Source: an uncultured Alphaproteobacteria bacterium (GTDB lineage Bacteria; Pseudomonadota; Alphaproteobacteria; Rhizobiales; Kaistiaceae). Taken from it: 64,000 nt of DNA. The stretch covers positions 28,221 to 92,220 of the forward strand of contig CAWHLM010000018.1 of assembly GCA_963830215.1 (NCBI GenBank). The letters are read 5' to 3'. A program made the position numbers and the translations under genes. Below are positions 23,115 to 34,287 of this stretch, piece by piece. The number at the start of each line of letters is the position of its first letter. The first letter of the stretch is position 1. The notes under the pieces are model-generated. The model worked only from the letters and a program-made list of their open reading frames with translations, had not been told where the DNA came from and did not search any database.

Positions 23115-23540
23115 TCAGTACCAGTCGAGCGCGACGCGCGCGAGGTCGGACATGCGGTCGGGCGTCCACGGCGGGTCGAACACCATGTTGACCCTGACGT
23201 CGTTGACGCCGGGCACCAGGCTCACCGCGTTCTCCACCCAGCCCGGCATCTCGCCGGCGACCGGGCAGCCGGGCGCGGTCAGCGTCATGTCGATGTCGAT
23301 GTTCTTGTTGTCGTCGACGTCGACCCGATAGATCAGACCCAGCTCGTAGATGTCGGCCGGGATTTCCGGGTCGTAGACCGACTTCAGTGCCCCGACGATG
23401 TCGAGCGTCAGCCGGTCGAGTTCCTCCGGGGGGATCGCCGAGCCGGTGGCGCGCAGCGCCATCGGCACGCCGTGCCGCCTCTCCGGCTCGGGCGTCTCAG
23501 GTGTCTGCGGCGTGGTGGTCGTGCGCTCGTCCATGGTCAT
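23115..23540 (-). CDS. sufT: SUF system Fe-S assembly protein SufT (DUF59/MIP18 family)
   Basis: ORF 23115..23543. Motifs VYDPEIP and MTLTAPGCP. The ATG at 23540 overlaps the sufS stop. Confidence 0.85.
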   Translation of the reverse strand: MTMDERTTTTPQTPETPEPERRHGVPMALRATGSAIPPEELDRLTLDIVGALKSVYDPEIPADIYELGLIYRVDVDDNKNIDIDMTLTAPGCPVAGEMPGWVENAVSLVPGVNDVRVNMVFDPPWTPDRMSDLARVALDWY

Positions 23541-24788
23541 CACGCAAAGAAACCTTCAGCTTTCTGCAATGCTTCCGCCAGGAGGTCCACTTCCTCGGCA
23601 GTATTATAGAGCGCGAAGGAGGCGCGACAGGTGGCGGTCACGCCGAAGCGGGCGAGCAGAGGCTGGGCGCAATGGGTCCCGGCCCTGACCGCGACGCCGG
23701 AGCGGTCGATGATCGTCGAGATGTCGTGCGCATGCGCGCCGGCCATGTTGAACGAGACGATGGCGCCCTTGCCCTTGGCCTGACCGTAGATCGTCAGGCT
23801 GTTGATGCGCGACAGGCGCTCCTCGGCGTAGCCTGGCGAGCATCGCCTCGTGGGCACGAATGCGGTCGAGGCCGAGCCCCTGCATGTAGGTCAGCGCCGC
23901 GCCCAGGCCGATCGCCTGGACGATCGGCGGCGTGCCGGCCTCGAAGCGGTGCGGCGGCTCGGCATAGGTGACGCGCTCCTGGCTGACATCCGCGATCATC
24001 TCGCCGCCGCCCATATAGGGCGGCATCGCGGCGAGCCGCGCGCGCTTGCCGTAGAGGACGCCGATGCCGGTCGGGCCATAGAGCTTGTGGCCGGTGAAGG
24101 CGTAGAAGTCGCAGTCGATGTCCTGGACGTCGACCGGCAGATGCACGGCGCCCTGGCTGCCGTCGATGAGGACGGGGATGCCGCGCGCGTGGGCGATGCG
24201 CGTGACCTCCTTCACCGGAACCACGGTACCCAGCACATTCGACATGTGGGTGATCGCCACCATCTTGGTGCGCGGGCCGAGCAGCTTCTCGAACTCATCG
24301 ATCAGAAACGTGCCGTCGTCGGCAACCGGCGCCCATTTGATGACCGCGCCGCGATGCTCGCGCAGGAAGTTCCACGGCACGATGTTGGAATGGTGCTCCA
24401 TGATGGAGAGCACGATCTCGTCGCCCTCGCCGATCGTCGAGCCGCCGAAGGAGGCGGCGGCGAGGTTGATCGCTTCGGTGGCGTTGCGCGTGAAGACGAT
24501 CTCGTCGGTCGCGGCGGCATTGATGAAGCGGCGGACGATCTCGCGCGCCTCCTCGTATTTCTCGGTCGCCAGATTCGACAGGAAATGCAGGCCGCGATGG
24601 ACGTTGGCGTATTCGGCGCCATAAGCCTCCGCGACGGCGTCGATGACGGCTCTCGGCTTCTGGGCGGAAGCCGCATTGTCGAGATAGACCAGTGGCCCGT
24701 CGTAGACGGTCCGCGCCAGGATCGGGAAATCCCGGCGCACCGCCTGGACATCAAGCGGCTCGCTGATCTTTGCCGCTGGCGCGTTCAC
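23540..24788 (-). pseudogene. sufS: Cysteine desulfurase SufS, interrupted by a frameshift (1-nt-insertion-equivalent) near 23834
   Basis: The N-terminal ~318 aa lie in the frame of ORF 23604..25424, from the GTG at 24788 that overlaps the sufD stop (motifs YLDNAASAQKP, HKLYGPTGIGVLYG). The conserved C-terminus (RAGTHCAQPLL) lies in ORF 23540..23857. Junction sequence on the coding strand: GCC-A-GGC-TAC. Confidence 0.75.
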
Positions 24789-26113
24789 GATGCCGCCCCT
24801 CCACGCTTCTTCAGCCAGGCGCCGACCACGCCCTTGAGCGCGTTCGCCGTCGCCTCGTGCTTGAGCATGTCGATGGCGTCGTCGAGAAAGGCCTCGATCA
24901 GCAGTTGCTCGGCCTCGGAACGTGGCACGCCGCGCGCCATAAGGTAGAAGAGCTGGGTGTCGTCGATGCGCCCCGAGGTGGCGCCGTGGCCGCACTGGAC
25001 GTCGTCGGCGAAGATCTCCAGCTCCGGCTTGGAGGCGAACTGCGCCTCCTCCGACAAGAGCAGCGCCTGGGTCATCATCTTGGCGTCGGTCTTCTGGGCG
25101 TCCTGATCGACGACGATGCGGCCCTGGAAGATTCCCTCGGCCTTGCCGTCGACCACGCTCTTGAACAGTTCGCGGCTCTGAGACCAGCCCTGGGCGTGGC
25201 GCACGATCAGCGTCTGGTCGCCGTGCTCGTTGCCGGAGAGCATGGTGGCGCCGTTGAAGGAGAGCTTCACGCCGCGCCCCGCCACGGTGGCGAAACCCTG
25301 CCAGCGCCACAGCGCGGCGCCGGCATTGACGATGAGATGGCTGAGCGTGACGTCGGCGGCGAGCTTCGTCTGCAGCGTGCCGATGTGCTGCGCGTCGCTT
25401 CCCTCCGCCTGCAGCCGCGCCCATTCGACGGTGGCGCCGGGAGCGATGGAGAGTTCGGTGACGACATTGACCTGATAGGCAATACCGTCCGGGCCGCGAT
25501 GGCTGTCGATGATCCGCACGGCCGCGTTGGTGCCGACGGTGACCATGTCGCGGACGAAGAGTGCGACCGGTTCACCGGCGGCCGTCAGGTGGACGATCTC
25601 TATCGGCCGCGTCGGCGTCGCGTTCTTGGCGATGTCGACCACCACACCGCCCTGCATGAAGGCGGAGTTGAGCGCCAGCGCCGTGTCGTCGGAATCGGCG
25701 AAGAGCCGGCCGACGCGCTCCGGCGTCTTGGCCAGAACATCGGTGAGCGCCGTCACGGTGACGCCGTCGAGCCCGGCAAGGTCGGAGAGGTCGGGGCGCC
25801 AGGCGCCGTTGACCACCACCAGGCGGGCGCGGTCGAGCCCGGCGAGAATGTCCTCGCCCATGAGTTCGGTCAGTGCCGTATCGTCGACACCATCGACCAG
25901 CGGCTGAGCCACCTTCATCAGCGCGCGCAGGTCGGTGTATTTCCACTCCTCGACGCGGCGGTGTGGCAGGCCGCTCTTCTCGAACAGCGCCATCGCCGCC
26001 TCGCGTCGGTGCGCGACCGGCGTACCGCCCGGCAGCGTCGCCGCGGCCGCGCGGTATTCTGCGATCAGCGCCTCTTCCGCTTTGGTACGGATAGTTTTCG
26101 GTGCAGCCGTCAT
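24785..26113 (-). CDS. sufD: Fe-S cluster assembly protein SufD
   Basis: ORF 24785..26113, 442 aa, located between sufC and sufS. C-terminal motifs SKPELEIFADDVQCGHGAT and LFYLMARG. Confidence 0.9.
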   Translation of the reverse strand: MTAAPKTIRTKAEEALIAEYRAAAATLPGGTPVAHRREAAMALFEKSGLPHRRVEEWKYTDLRALMKVAQPLVDGVDDTALTELMGEDILAGLDRARLVVVNGAWRPDLSDLAGLDGVTVTALTDVLAKTPERVGRLFADSDDTALALNSAFMQGGVVVDIAKNATPTRPIEIVHLTAAGEPVALFVRDMVTVGTNAAVRIIDSHRGPDGIAYQVNVVTELSIAPGATVEWARLQAEGSDAQHIGTLQTKLAADVTLSHLIVNAGAALWRWQGFATVAGRGVKLSFNGATMLSGNEHGDQTLIVRHAQGWSQSRELFKSVVDGKAEGIFQGRIVVDQDAQKTDAKMMTQALLLSEEAQFASKPELEIFADDVQCGHGATSGRIDDTQLFYLMARGVPRSEAEQLLIEAFLDDAIDMLKHEATANALKGVVGAWLKKRGGAAS

Positions 26114-26122
26114 CTCACCCGC

Positions 26123-26872
26123 TCAGGCCGCTGCGCCGGCGAATTCGGCGTAGCCCTTCTCTTCCAGCTCGAGCGCCAGCTCCTTGCCGCCCGAGCGCGC
26201 GATGCGGCCGGCGGAAAGCACATGCACGACATCAGGCACGATGTGGTTCAAGAGGCGCTGATAATGCGTGATGACGATGGTCGAACGCTCCGGCGACTTC
26301 ATCGCGTTGACGCCGTCGGAAACGACGCGCAGCGCATCGATGTCGAGGCCGGAATCGGTCTCGTCCATGACGCAGAGCTGCGGATCGAGCAGAGCCATCT
26401 GCATGATTTCGTTGCGTTTCTTCTCGCCGCCCGAGAAGCCGACATTGAGCGGCCGGCGCAGCATCTCCTGGGTGACGTTGAGCCGCTCGGAAACCTCGCG
26501 CACCTTGCGGACGAAATCGGGCGTCGTCAGCTCCGGCTCGCCGCGCGCCCTGCGCTGGGCGTTCAGCGCCGATTTGAGGAACGTCATGGTGGCGACGCCG
26601 GGAATCTCGACCGGATACTGGAAGGCGAGGAAGATGCCGGCAGCGGCGCGCGCGTCCGGTTCCATCTCCAGGAGGTCGCGGCCGTTGTAGGTCACCGAGC
26701 CCTCGGTCACCGTGTAGCCGGGGTGGCCGGCGAGCACATAGGCCAGCGTCGACTTGCCGCCGCCGTTGGGGCCCATGATGGCATGGGTCTCGCCCTTGCC
26801 GACGGAGAGATCGATGCCGCGCAGGATCTCGCGCTCGGCCACGGTCACATGCAGGTTCTTGATCTCAAGCAT
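26123..26872 (-). CDS. sufC: Fe-S cluster assembly ATPase SufC
   Basis: ORF 26123..26881. Walker A GPNGGGKST, signature motif FSGGEKKR. The ATG at 26872 (MLEIKNLH) is preferred; the GTG at 26881 is the alternative. Confidence 0.92.
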   Translation of the reverse strand: MLEIKNLHVTVAEREILRGIDLSVGKGETHAIMGPNGGGKSTLAYVLAGHPGYTVTEGSVTYNGRDLLEMEPDARAAAGIFLAFQYPVEIPGVATMTFLKSALNAQRRARGEPELTTPDFVRKVREVSERLNVTQEMLRRPLNVGFSGGEKKRNEIMQMALLDPQLCVMDETDSGLDIDALRVVSDGVNAMKSPERSTIVITHYQRLLNHIVPDVVHVLSAGRIARSGGKELALELEEKGYAEFAGAAA

Positions 26873-26877
26873 TCCGC

Positions 26878-27198
26878 TCACTCGGTTCTTCTCTTTGCCT
26901 TGGCGGTGACCTCTGCCAGCCGCGCGGTCAGTTCCTCAAATGTCAGGTCGGGTCCGACCCACACATTCAGCCAGTTGACGGCATCGTCGCTGACGGCGCC
27001 GGGATAGAGATGAAAGGCGTCCGCGCCGACACACTCGATGGCCCAATAGTCTCCGTTGGCCAGCTCCATCTCGATGGTGGTGCCGTAGTGGCGAAGATCG
27101 GCGATGCCCGCAGCCGCGCGACCGGATTTGAGCACGGAAAAGAGGTGCGCGGTGGTCGCCGCACCATCGTCGCCGCCGGGCTCTCCAGGCTCAGCCAC
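26878..27198 (-). CDS. Hypothetical protein embedded in the suf operon
   Basis: ORF 26878..27198, 106 aa, no recognised domain. Its stop abuts or overlaps the sufC start. Confidence 0.5.
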   Translation of the reverse strand: MAEPGEPGGDDGAATTAHLFSVLKSGRAAAGIADLRHYGTTIEMELANGDYWAIECVGADAFHLYPGAVSDDAVNWLNVWVGPDLTFEELTARLAEVTAKAKRRTE

Positions 27199-27219
27199 CG
27201 CATGCGGCCTCCCTTGCCA

Positions 27220-27720
27220 TCACTCGCCGTCCCAATAATCGAGCGAATTCTCGGCACGGCCGATGTAGCGCACGCCGCCCTTGCCGGTCGCCCAGTCGTA
27301 GCGCGAGGTGACCGCGAACTTCTTCGAGTCCGGATATTCGACCACATCGCCGGTTCCCGTCGGATTGGCCGAGATGCCAAGATATTTCAGCACGGTCTTG
27401 CCGGTATTGACGATCTGGTGGGCAACCTCCGGCCCGCCGGTCGGCGCGGCGCAGACATCGCCCGCCTTCACCGGATAGCTCTCGGCTCCGAAGCGATAGG
27501 TGCCCTCGCCTTCGAGGATGACGAAGAGCTCCTGCGTCGCGTGGTGGGCGTGGAAGGGAAATGCCCTCTTGCCCGGCTCGACCACATGCAGCATGACGCC
27601 GAGGTTCGAGCCGATCGCTTTGCCGAACGAGCCAATCTTGGCCGCGAACGCCTCGCCATGCTTGTTCTCGCGCAGCGGCACGTCGGCGACGTTCATCACG
27701 GGTTTGGGTTGTTCGCTCAT
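27220..27720 (-). CDS. Cupin domain protein (metal-binding cupin_2 type) embedded in the suf operon
   Basis: Part of ORF 27220..27750, from the ATG at 27720. Cupin motif 1 PFHAHHATQELFVILEGEG and motif 2 GDVCAAPTGGPEVAHQIVN. Confidence 0.8.
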   Translation of the reverse strand: MSEQPKPVMNVADVPLRENKHGEAFAAKIGSFGKAIGSNLGVMLHVVEPGKRAFPFHAHHATQELFVILEGEGTYRFGAESYPVKAGDVCAAPTGGPEVAHQIVNTGKTVLKYLGISANPTGTGDVVEYPDSKKFAVTSRYDWATGKGGVRYIGRAENSLDYWDGE

Positions 27721-27980
27721 TTCGCGTCCTCGCCCCAGCGCCAGCGCCACTCCCCGTCGGTCCTATAGCGGCAGACGCGCACGAGCCACCAAAGGATGAC
27801 GGCGACAATCACCGCCCAGGTCATCCATGCGACGAAATCCGACGGCCCGGCTAGTGCTTCCAGGGAGACGATCGAACCAATCAGCGCTGCCGACGCGATT
27901 GCGATGAGCGTCCAGCCCTCCCAGGTGGAAGGCGAAACGCCCATTCCGTAGCGCCGCGGTCGGAACCAGTACCGGTTCAT
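27717..27980 (-). CDS. Small membrane protein embedded in the suf operon
   Basis: ORF 27717..27980, 87 aa, two hydrophobic segments. Its stop overlaps the cupin start (ATGA), and it starts 3 nt after the sufB stop. Confidence 0.55.
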   Translation of the reverse strand: MNRYWFRPRRYGMGVSPSTWEGWTLIAIASAALIGSIVSLEALAGPSDFVAWMTWAVIVAVILWWLVRVCRYRTDGEWRWRWGEDAK

Positions 27981-27983
27981 GCC

Positions 27984-29453
<1,470 letters not shown>

Positions 29454-29510
29454 TCGGCTACTCCATCCACAGCGGCTTCAAGGGCCGCGGGTGAGTGACA
29501 CAGATGGCCT

Positions 29511-30656
29511 TCAGGCCAGCTGAATCTCTCCTGGCGCGACGTGCTTTAGCACGGCTTTCCAGGCGCTTGCGAATGAATCTAAGTCGGTTTCGGCCGAATC
29601 CCAGCCCAAACTGAGTCGAATGGCGCATTTTGCCAGCTCCGGTGCCACCCCCATCGCCGCCAGAACGTGGCTCGGCGCCACCTTGCCGGACGAGCAAGCC
29701 GAGCCCGAAGACACCGCAACCCCGGCTAAATCGAGAGCAATCACAAGGGTTTCCGCGGACAAGCCGGGCACGGCGAGGCACAGCGTTTGGGGCAGGCGTG
29801 GCACGCCGGCGCTGAACACGGTCGCTGACGCGCCGACGATCTCCGCCAGCCGGTCGCGCCAGGAAGACCAGCGCCCGGACCGGCCGAGGTCCTTGAGCGC
29901 AGCTTCAGCCGCAGCGCCGAAGCCGGCGATGGCGGCGACGTTCTCGGTTCCGGCGCGGGTCCGCCGCTCCTGCCCGCCGCCGGTCAGCAATGGGGCAAAA
30001 CTCACCTCCTCGCGCGCCCGCACGATGGCGCCGGCCCCCTGCGGGCCGCCGATCTTGTGCGCCGAGAGCGTCAGAACATCCACGCCGAGCGCCTTGATAT
30101 CCAAAGGGATTCGGCCGGCGGCCTGGATCGCGTCGCAATGCACCAGCGCGCCCGCGTCATGGGCGATGGCGGCCACCTCGGCCACCGGCTGGATGGCACC
30201 GGTCTCGTTGTTGGCGAGCATCACCGAGACCAGAGCCCTGCCGCCGGCTCTGGCGAGCATACCGGCCAATGCGTCGCGGTCGACGATGCCCTCGCCGTCC
30301 ACCGGGATGGTCAGCGTCTCGTCCACGGCAAAACCGCCGCCGGAAAGCACCGACGGGTGCTCCGTGGCGCCGATGAGCAGCGTGTCGAGGTCGGTGATCT
30401 CGCTGCCGATGCGCCAGTCGGGGGTGAGAACCGTGTTGTTGGCCTCAGTGCCGCCGCTGGTGAAGGTCGTGAGCTTGGCTTCGCCGCCCACAAGCTGCGC
30501 CACCGCGCTGCGGGCCCGCTCAATGCGGGCACGGGCCGCGCGCCCCTCGGCATGCACCGAGGAGGCGTTGCCGACCTCGCTGAGCGCCGCGAGCATGGCC
30601 TCGCGCGCCTCGCTGCGCAGCGGCGCCGTGGCGTTGTAGTCGAGATAGGTGCGCAT
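29511..30656 (-). CDS. Cysteine desulfurase (NifS/IscS-like, class V aminotransferase)
   Basis: Part of ORF 29511..30686, from the ATG at 30656 (MRTYLDYNATAPL). Motifs SAHKIGGPQGAG (PLP lysine) and SSGSACSSG (active-site Cys loop). Confidence 0.88.
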   Translation of the reverse strand: MRTYLDYNATAPLRSEAREAMLAALSEVGNASSVHAEGRAARARIERARSAVAQLVGGEAKLTTFTSGGTEANNTVLTPDWRIGSEITDLDTLLIGATEHPSVLSGGGFAVDETLTIPVDGEGIVDRDALAGMLARAGGRALVSVMLANNETGAIQPVAEVAAIAHDAGALVHCDAIQAAGRIPLDIKALGVDVLTLSAHKIGGPQGAGAIVRAREEVSFAPLLTGGGQERRTRAGTENVAAIAGFGAAAEAALKDLGRSGRWSSWRDRLAEIVGASATVFSAGVPRLPQTLCLAVPGLSAETLVIALDLAGVAVSSGSACSSGKVAPSHVLAAMGVAPELAKCAIRLSLGWDSAETDLDSFASAWKAVLKHVAPGEIQLA

Positions 30657-30756
30657 CTTGCGGTCCCGGGCTGGAGCCGTGATCAACAGACGTCAATGTA
30701 GGCGCACCGGCCCGTCCGGGCCACCGCCTCCCCGACCGGGCAGCATCGTGAGGCCG

Positions 30757-31410
30757 TCAGGTCAGCGACGAAACCATCAGGAAGATCGCGTAGAAGTGAG
30801 CGGCGGCGCCGGCGATCACGAAGGTATGCCAGATCGCCCGCCGGTAGGGCAGCTGTTGCAGCGAGTAGAAGGCGGTGCCCAGCGTGTAAATGACGCCGCC
30901 CGCCACCACCAGCCACAGCACCGTCGGGCTCAGCACCTCCAGAAACGGCCGCGCCGCAAGCACGCCCATCCAGCCGAAGGCAATGTAGAGCAGCGTGGTG
31001 ACATTGCGCAGTCCATGTGGGGCGAGCATCGTCTTCAGCACCACGCCCAGCACGGCGATGGCCCACACCGCTGTGGTGAGGCCGATCGCCCAGCCGTCGC
31101 TGAGCACACCGGCGGTGAACGGCGTGTAGGTGCCGGCGATCATGATGAAGATGGCCGCGTAGTCGAGCCGGCGCAGCAGTTCGTGAAACCGCAGGCGGGA
31201 GCCGAGGCTGTAGGCCGCCGAAACCGTGAGCATGGTGATCAGCGCAAAGGCGTAGATGGCGACGGCGGCGACCGAGGCGCCGTGGGCGACGGCGGCGGCG
31301 ATCAGCACACGCGCCCCGACGACCGCTGCCGCCAGCCCGACGGCATGCACGATCCCGTCGGCGACGATCTCACTGCGCCTGGATGGGCGCTCAGCGAACG
31401 CTGCGCTCAT
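30757..31410 (-). CDS. Hemolysin III / PAQR family membrane protein
   Basis: ORF 30757..31416. Seven hydrophobic segments with conserved His residues (HAVG, HEL, HTF, AAHF). The ATG at 31410 is preceded by GGGAG. Confidence 0.75.
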   Translation of the reverse strand: MSAAFAERPSRRSEIVADGIVHAVGLAAAVVGARVLIAAAVAHGASVAAVAIYAFALITMLTVSAAYSLGSRLRFHELLRRLDYAAIFIMIAGTYTPFTAGVLSDGWAIGLTTAVWAIAVLGVVLKTMLAPHGLRNVTTLLYIAFGWMGVLAARPFLEVLSPTVLWLVVAGGVIYTLGTAFYSLQQLPYRRAIWHTFVIAGAAAHFYAIFLMVSSLT

Positions 31411-31734
31411 GGCCACTCCCGTCCGGCGCTCCCCGCCGCGGCGAATTCATTGCAACCTCCGTGCCCAAAGATGGTGACGGCGGGCCGGATCGGCTACTGG
31501 TCTGCGACAAACATGGGCTCTGCCGGCTTCCGGCCCGCCCGCATTGCGGACGCCGCGGCCGCCCGCCACGACCGCCCTGACGGTTATCCTTGAAATCGCC
31601 CCCCGCGATTGTGATATGAAGGCGCCCACTTGCCCGCCGATTGGCGGGAACTGGCCAATTTTCGCCGCCCCCTGTTCTTGCGCGCCGGCTTTGCGCCGAA
31701 GGGGCGCGTCACTCCCGAGGTCCGCAAAACCCAA

Positions 31735-32391
31735 ATGCCCGAAGTCATCTTTGCCGGCCCGGCCGGGCGCCTTGAAGGCCGCTTCCAGCCGGCCAAACGC
31801 AAGAACGGCCCGATCGCCATCATCCTGCACCCGCACCCGCAGTTCGGGGGCACGATGAATAACCAGATCACCTACCAGCTGTTTTACATGTTCGCGAAGC
31901 GTGGCTTCGCCGTGCTGCGCTTCAACTTCCGCGGAGTGGGCCGCAGCCAGGGCGAGTTCGACCATGGCGCCGGAGAGCTGTCGGATGCCGCGGCGGCGCT
32001 CGATTGGGTGCAATCGGTGCACATCGACGCGCGCTCGTGCTGGGTCGCCGGCTTCTCCTTCGGCGCCTGGATCGGCATGCAGCTTCTCATGCGCCGGCCG
32101 GAGATCGAGGGCTTCATCTCGGTGGCGCCGCAGCCCAACCTCTACGACTTCACGTTCCTGGCCCCCTGCCCGTCCTCGGGCCTCATCATCCACGGCGACC
32201 AGGACAAGGTCGCCCCGCCCAAGGACGTGCAGACGCTGGTCGACAAGCTGAAGACGCAGAAGGGCATCAAGATCGAGCAGACGATCGTCAAGGGCGCCAA
32301 CCACTTTTTCGAGAACAACACCGAAGAGCTGATCGGCCTCTGCTCTGACTATGTCGACCGGCGCCTGGCGCCGGGGTCGACCGCGGGCTGA
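31735..32391 (+). CDS. Alpha/beta hydrolase
   Basis: Internal ATG of ORF 31630..32391. Nucleophile elbow GFSFGA, then HGDQD and NHFF (putative Asp/His). Confidence 0.75.
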   Translation: MPEVIFAGPAGRLEGRFQPAKRKNGPIAIILHPHPQFGGTMNNQITYQLFYMFAKRGFAVLRFNFRGVGRSQGEFDHGAGELSDAAAALDWVQSVHIDARSCWVAGFSFGAWIGMQLLMRRPEIEGFISVAPQPNLYDFTFLAPCPSSGLIIHGDQDKVAPPKDVQTLVDKLKTQKGIKIEQTIVKGANHFFENNTEELIGLCSDYVDRRLAPGSTAG

Positions 32392-32494
32392 GCAGCCACC
32401 CGCATTGGCGGCCCGCATGGCGCGAAGCGGAATGCGGAACGGACCATCCCGGATTACGCTCGCGCTCCCTCCGGGCTGCGAGCCGTCCGAACCC

Positions 32495-33229
32495 TCACAA
32501 GAACATTCCGCCGCCGTTCACGGCGACCGTCTGGCCGGTCATGAAGCTGCTGCCGATGACCATCATCACCGCATGGGCCATGTCCTCGCCGGTGGCGATG
32601 CGCCCGACCGGGATACGCGCGCCGACGCCGGCCGCGATCAGTGGCTGGCCCATCTCCGTGTCGGTCAGCCCCGGCGCCACGGCATTGACCGTCACGCCCT
32701 CCGGCGCCAGCCGTGCGGCATAGCCCCGCGTCAGCCCCTCCAGGCCGGCCTTGGAGGCGTTGTAGGCGACGCTGATTCCGCCGGCACCGCGCGCCGCGAT
32801 CGAGGAGATGTTGACAATGCGGCCCCAGTGCCGCACCCGCATGCCCGGTATGACCGCCTGGGTGCAGAGGAAGGCGGACTTGAGATTGACCGCGATGGCG
32901 CTGTCGAAGTCCTCTTCCGTGATCTCGTCGACGCCGCGCTTCTCCGCCATTCCGGCGTTGTTGACGAGGATGTCGATCGCCCCGAGGCGCTCTTCGACCT
33001 CGCGCACCATGCGCTCGACGTCGGCGCGCCGCGAGACATCGGCGCCGAAGGCGGCTGCCTTGCCGCCGCCCGCGCGTATGGCTTCGGCCACCGCTTCGGC
33101 CTCCTTGCCACGGGCGCGGTAGTTGACCGCGACGCCGGCGCCGGCCGCGGCGAGGGCCAGGGCAATCGCCCTGCCGATGCCGCGCGAAGCGCCGGTGACC
33201 AGGGCCACACGATTGTCCAGATCAGTCAT
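32495..33229 (-). CDS. SDR family oxidoreductase, 3-oxoacyl-ACP reductase (FabG)-like
   Basis: 244-aa part of ORF 32495..33547, from the ATG at 33229. Motifs TGASRGIG, NNAG, YNASK. Confidence 0.85.
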   Translation of the reverse strand: MTDLDNRVALVTGASRGIGRAIALALAAAGAGVAVNYRARGKEAEAVAEAIRAGGGKAAAFGADVSRRADVERMVREVEERLGAIDILVNNAGMAEKRGVDEITEEDFDSAIAVNLKSAFLCTQAVIPGMRVRHWGRIVNISSIAARGAGGISVAYNASKAGLEGLTRGYAARLAPEGVTVNAVAPGLTDTEMGQPLIAAGVGARIPVGRIATGEDMAHAVMMVIGSSFMTGQTVAVNGGGMFL

Positions 33230-33345
33230 GCTGGGAATTCTCTCCATGACGTGCCGTGGCGCTCCGGATGCCGCGAAGCCGCCAGTTGCACCAGGATCAG
33301 GCATGTGGCGACGCCCGGATCGCACCCGGGCACCGGCCATGCGAA

Positions 33346-33750
33346 CTACATAAAGCGCCAGATCACCATTGCGATGACGGTCACCGCCAGCAACAGCGCC
33401 GCGATGCGCTGACCCAACAATGCCCGCTGGCGGTTTGCCGTTTCGTCGCCGGCGCCTTGGGCGAGCCTTCGTCGGGCCGGCCAAGCCATGCCGTGCTGAA
33501 ACCCGACGGCCACCAGGGCGCAGAGTGCGCCGATGCCCAGGTCCCAATCCGGCGCCCCGGGGGCCACATCATAATGCATTGCCATCAGGACGATGCCGAC
33601 CAGGATCGTCACGCCGGCCGCCCCGGCCTGCGCCACGCCGAGGCTGCGATCGCCCATCATTGGGTCGCGCGCGAGCGCAAACGTCGAGCCGGCCCAGAAG
33701 ACGCCCGGCACGACGTGCAGGACGATCAGAACCATCATCAATGCCGCCAT
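33346..33750 (-). CDS. Hypothetical membrane protein
   Basis: Part of ORF 33346..33780, from the ATG at 33750, preceded by AAGGAG. Four hydrophobic segments. Confidence 0.55.
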   Translation of the reverse strand: MAALMMVLIVLHVVPGVFWAGSTFALARDPMMGDRSLGVAQAGAAGVTILVGIVLMAMHYDVAPGAPDWDLGIGALCALVAVGFQHGMAWPARRRLAQGAGDETANRQRALLGQRIAALLLAVTVIAMVIWRFM

Positions 33751-33830
33751 TTTTCCGCTCCTTCCCTGAGTGGTCCGCACAGCCTTGACGATTCACGCGC
33801 CCTATTTGTGACGTGGCGTTGTGGGCCGGC

Positions 33831-34227
33831 TCAGCCGGTGAGCGCCCCGAGCCAACGCGCCGGGTTGAGCCCGTAGGTGCGCCTGAACTGGCGGGTCATG
33901 TGGCCCTGGTCGGCGAAGCCGGATGCGGCCGATGCCTCCGTCGGCGCACCGGCTCCAGACGCCGCATGATGCGGAAGCGGTGCGGGCTGGTGCCATGTGC
34001 GGCGCCGAACTGCCGTGCCAGGGCCCAGCGGTCGAGCCCGCCAGCGCCTCCAGCGCCGCCAACGGGGTCGCCGTATCCTCCTCGGCGATCAGCGCGTCGC
34101 GGAGCCGCGACACCGCCTGCCTGTCGATCGCCGGCCGCGTGGCCGCCTCCCCGGCCAGCGCGGCCAACGCATCGGCCAGGGTGACGACGAGGCCGCTGGC
34201 GCCAGTTTCGTCGAGCGGTGCGTCCAC
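33831..34227 (-). pseudogene. AraC-family regulator remnant (HTH region only, frameshifted and 5'-truncated)
   Basis: The HTH sequence is split over three frames: ...LAALEALAG / LDRWALARQFGAAHGTSPHRFRIMRRLE / EASAASGFADQGHMTRQFRRTYGLNPARWLGALTG*. No room remains for the N-terminal ligand domain, because the neighbouring gene ends at 34288. Confidence 0.7.
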
Positions 34228-34287
34228 GCCGGCGATCGCGCGTATGGCTTCGCGACGGTGGCGCGGCGAGGATTCCCGAGCGCCGCC

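Noticed and set aside
24770-27007. Very long antisense ORFs: 745 aa here, and similarly 3847..5469, 18758..19999, 40541..42583, 56702..58972, 61281..63746 and 9451..11109
   Set aside because: They are typical stop-poor antisense frames of high-GC DNA, with Arg/Gly/Asp/His-rich compositions and no domains. Each lies opposite a gene with unmistakable homology (sufD/sufC, amn, rhlE, tyrS and the AsmA-like gene, mrcA, rne, ilvD).
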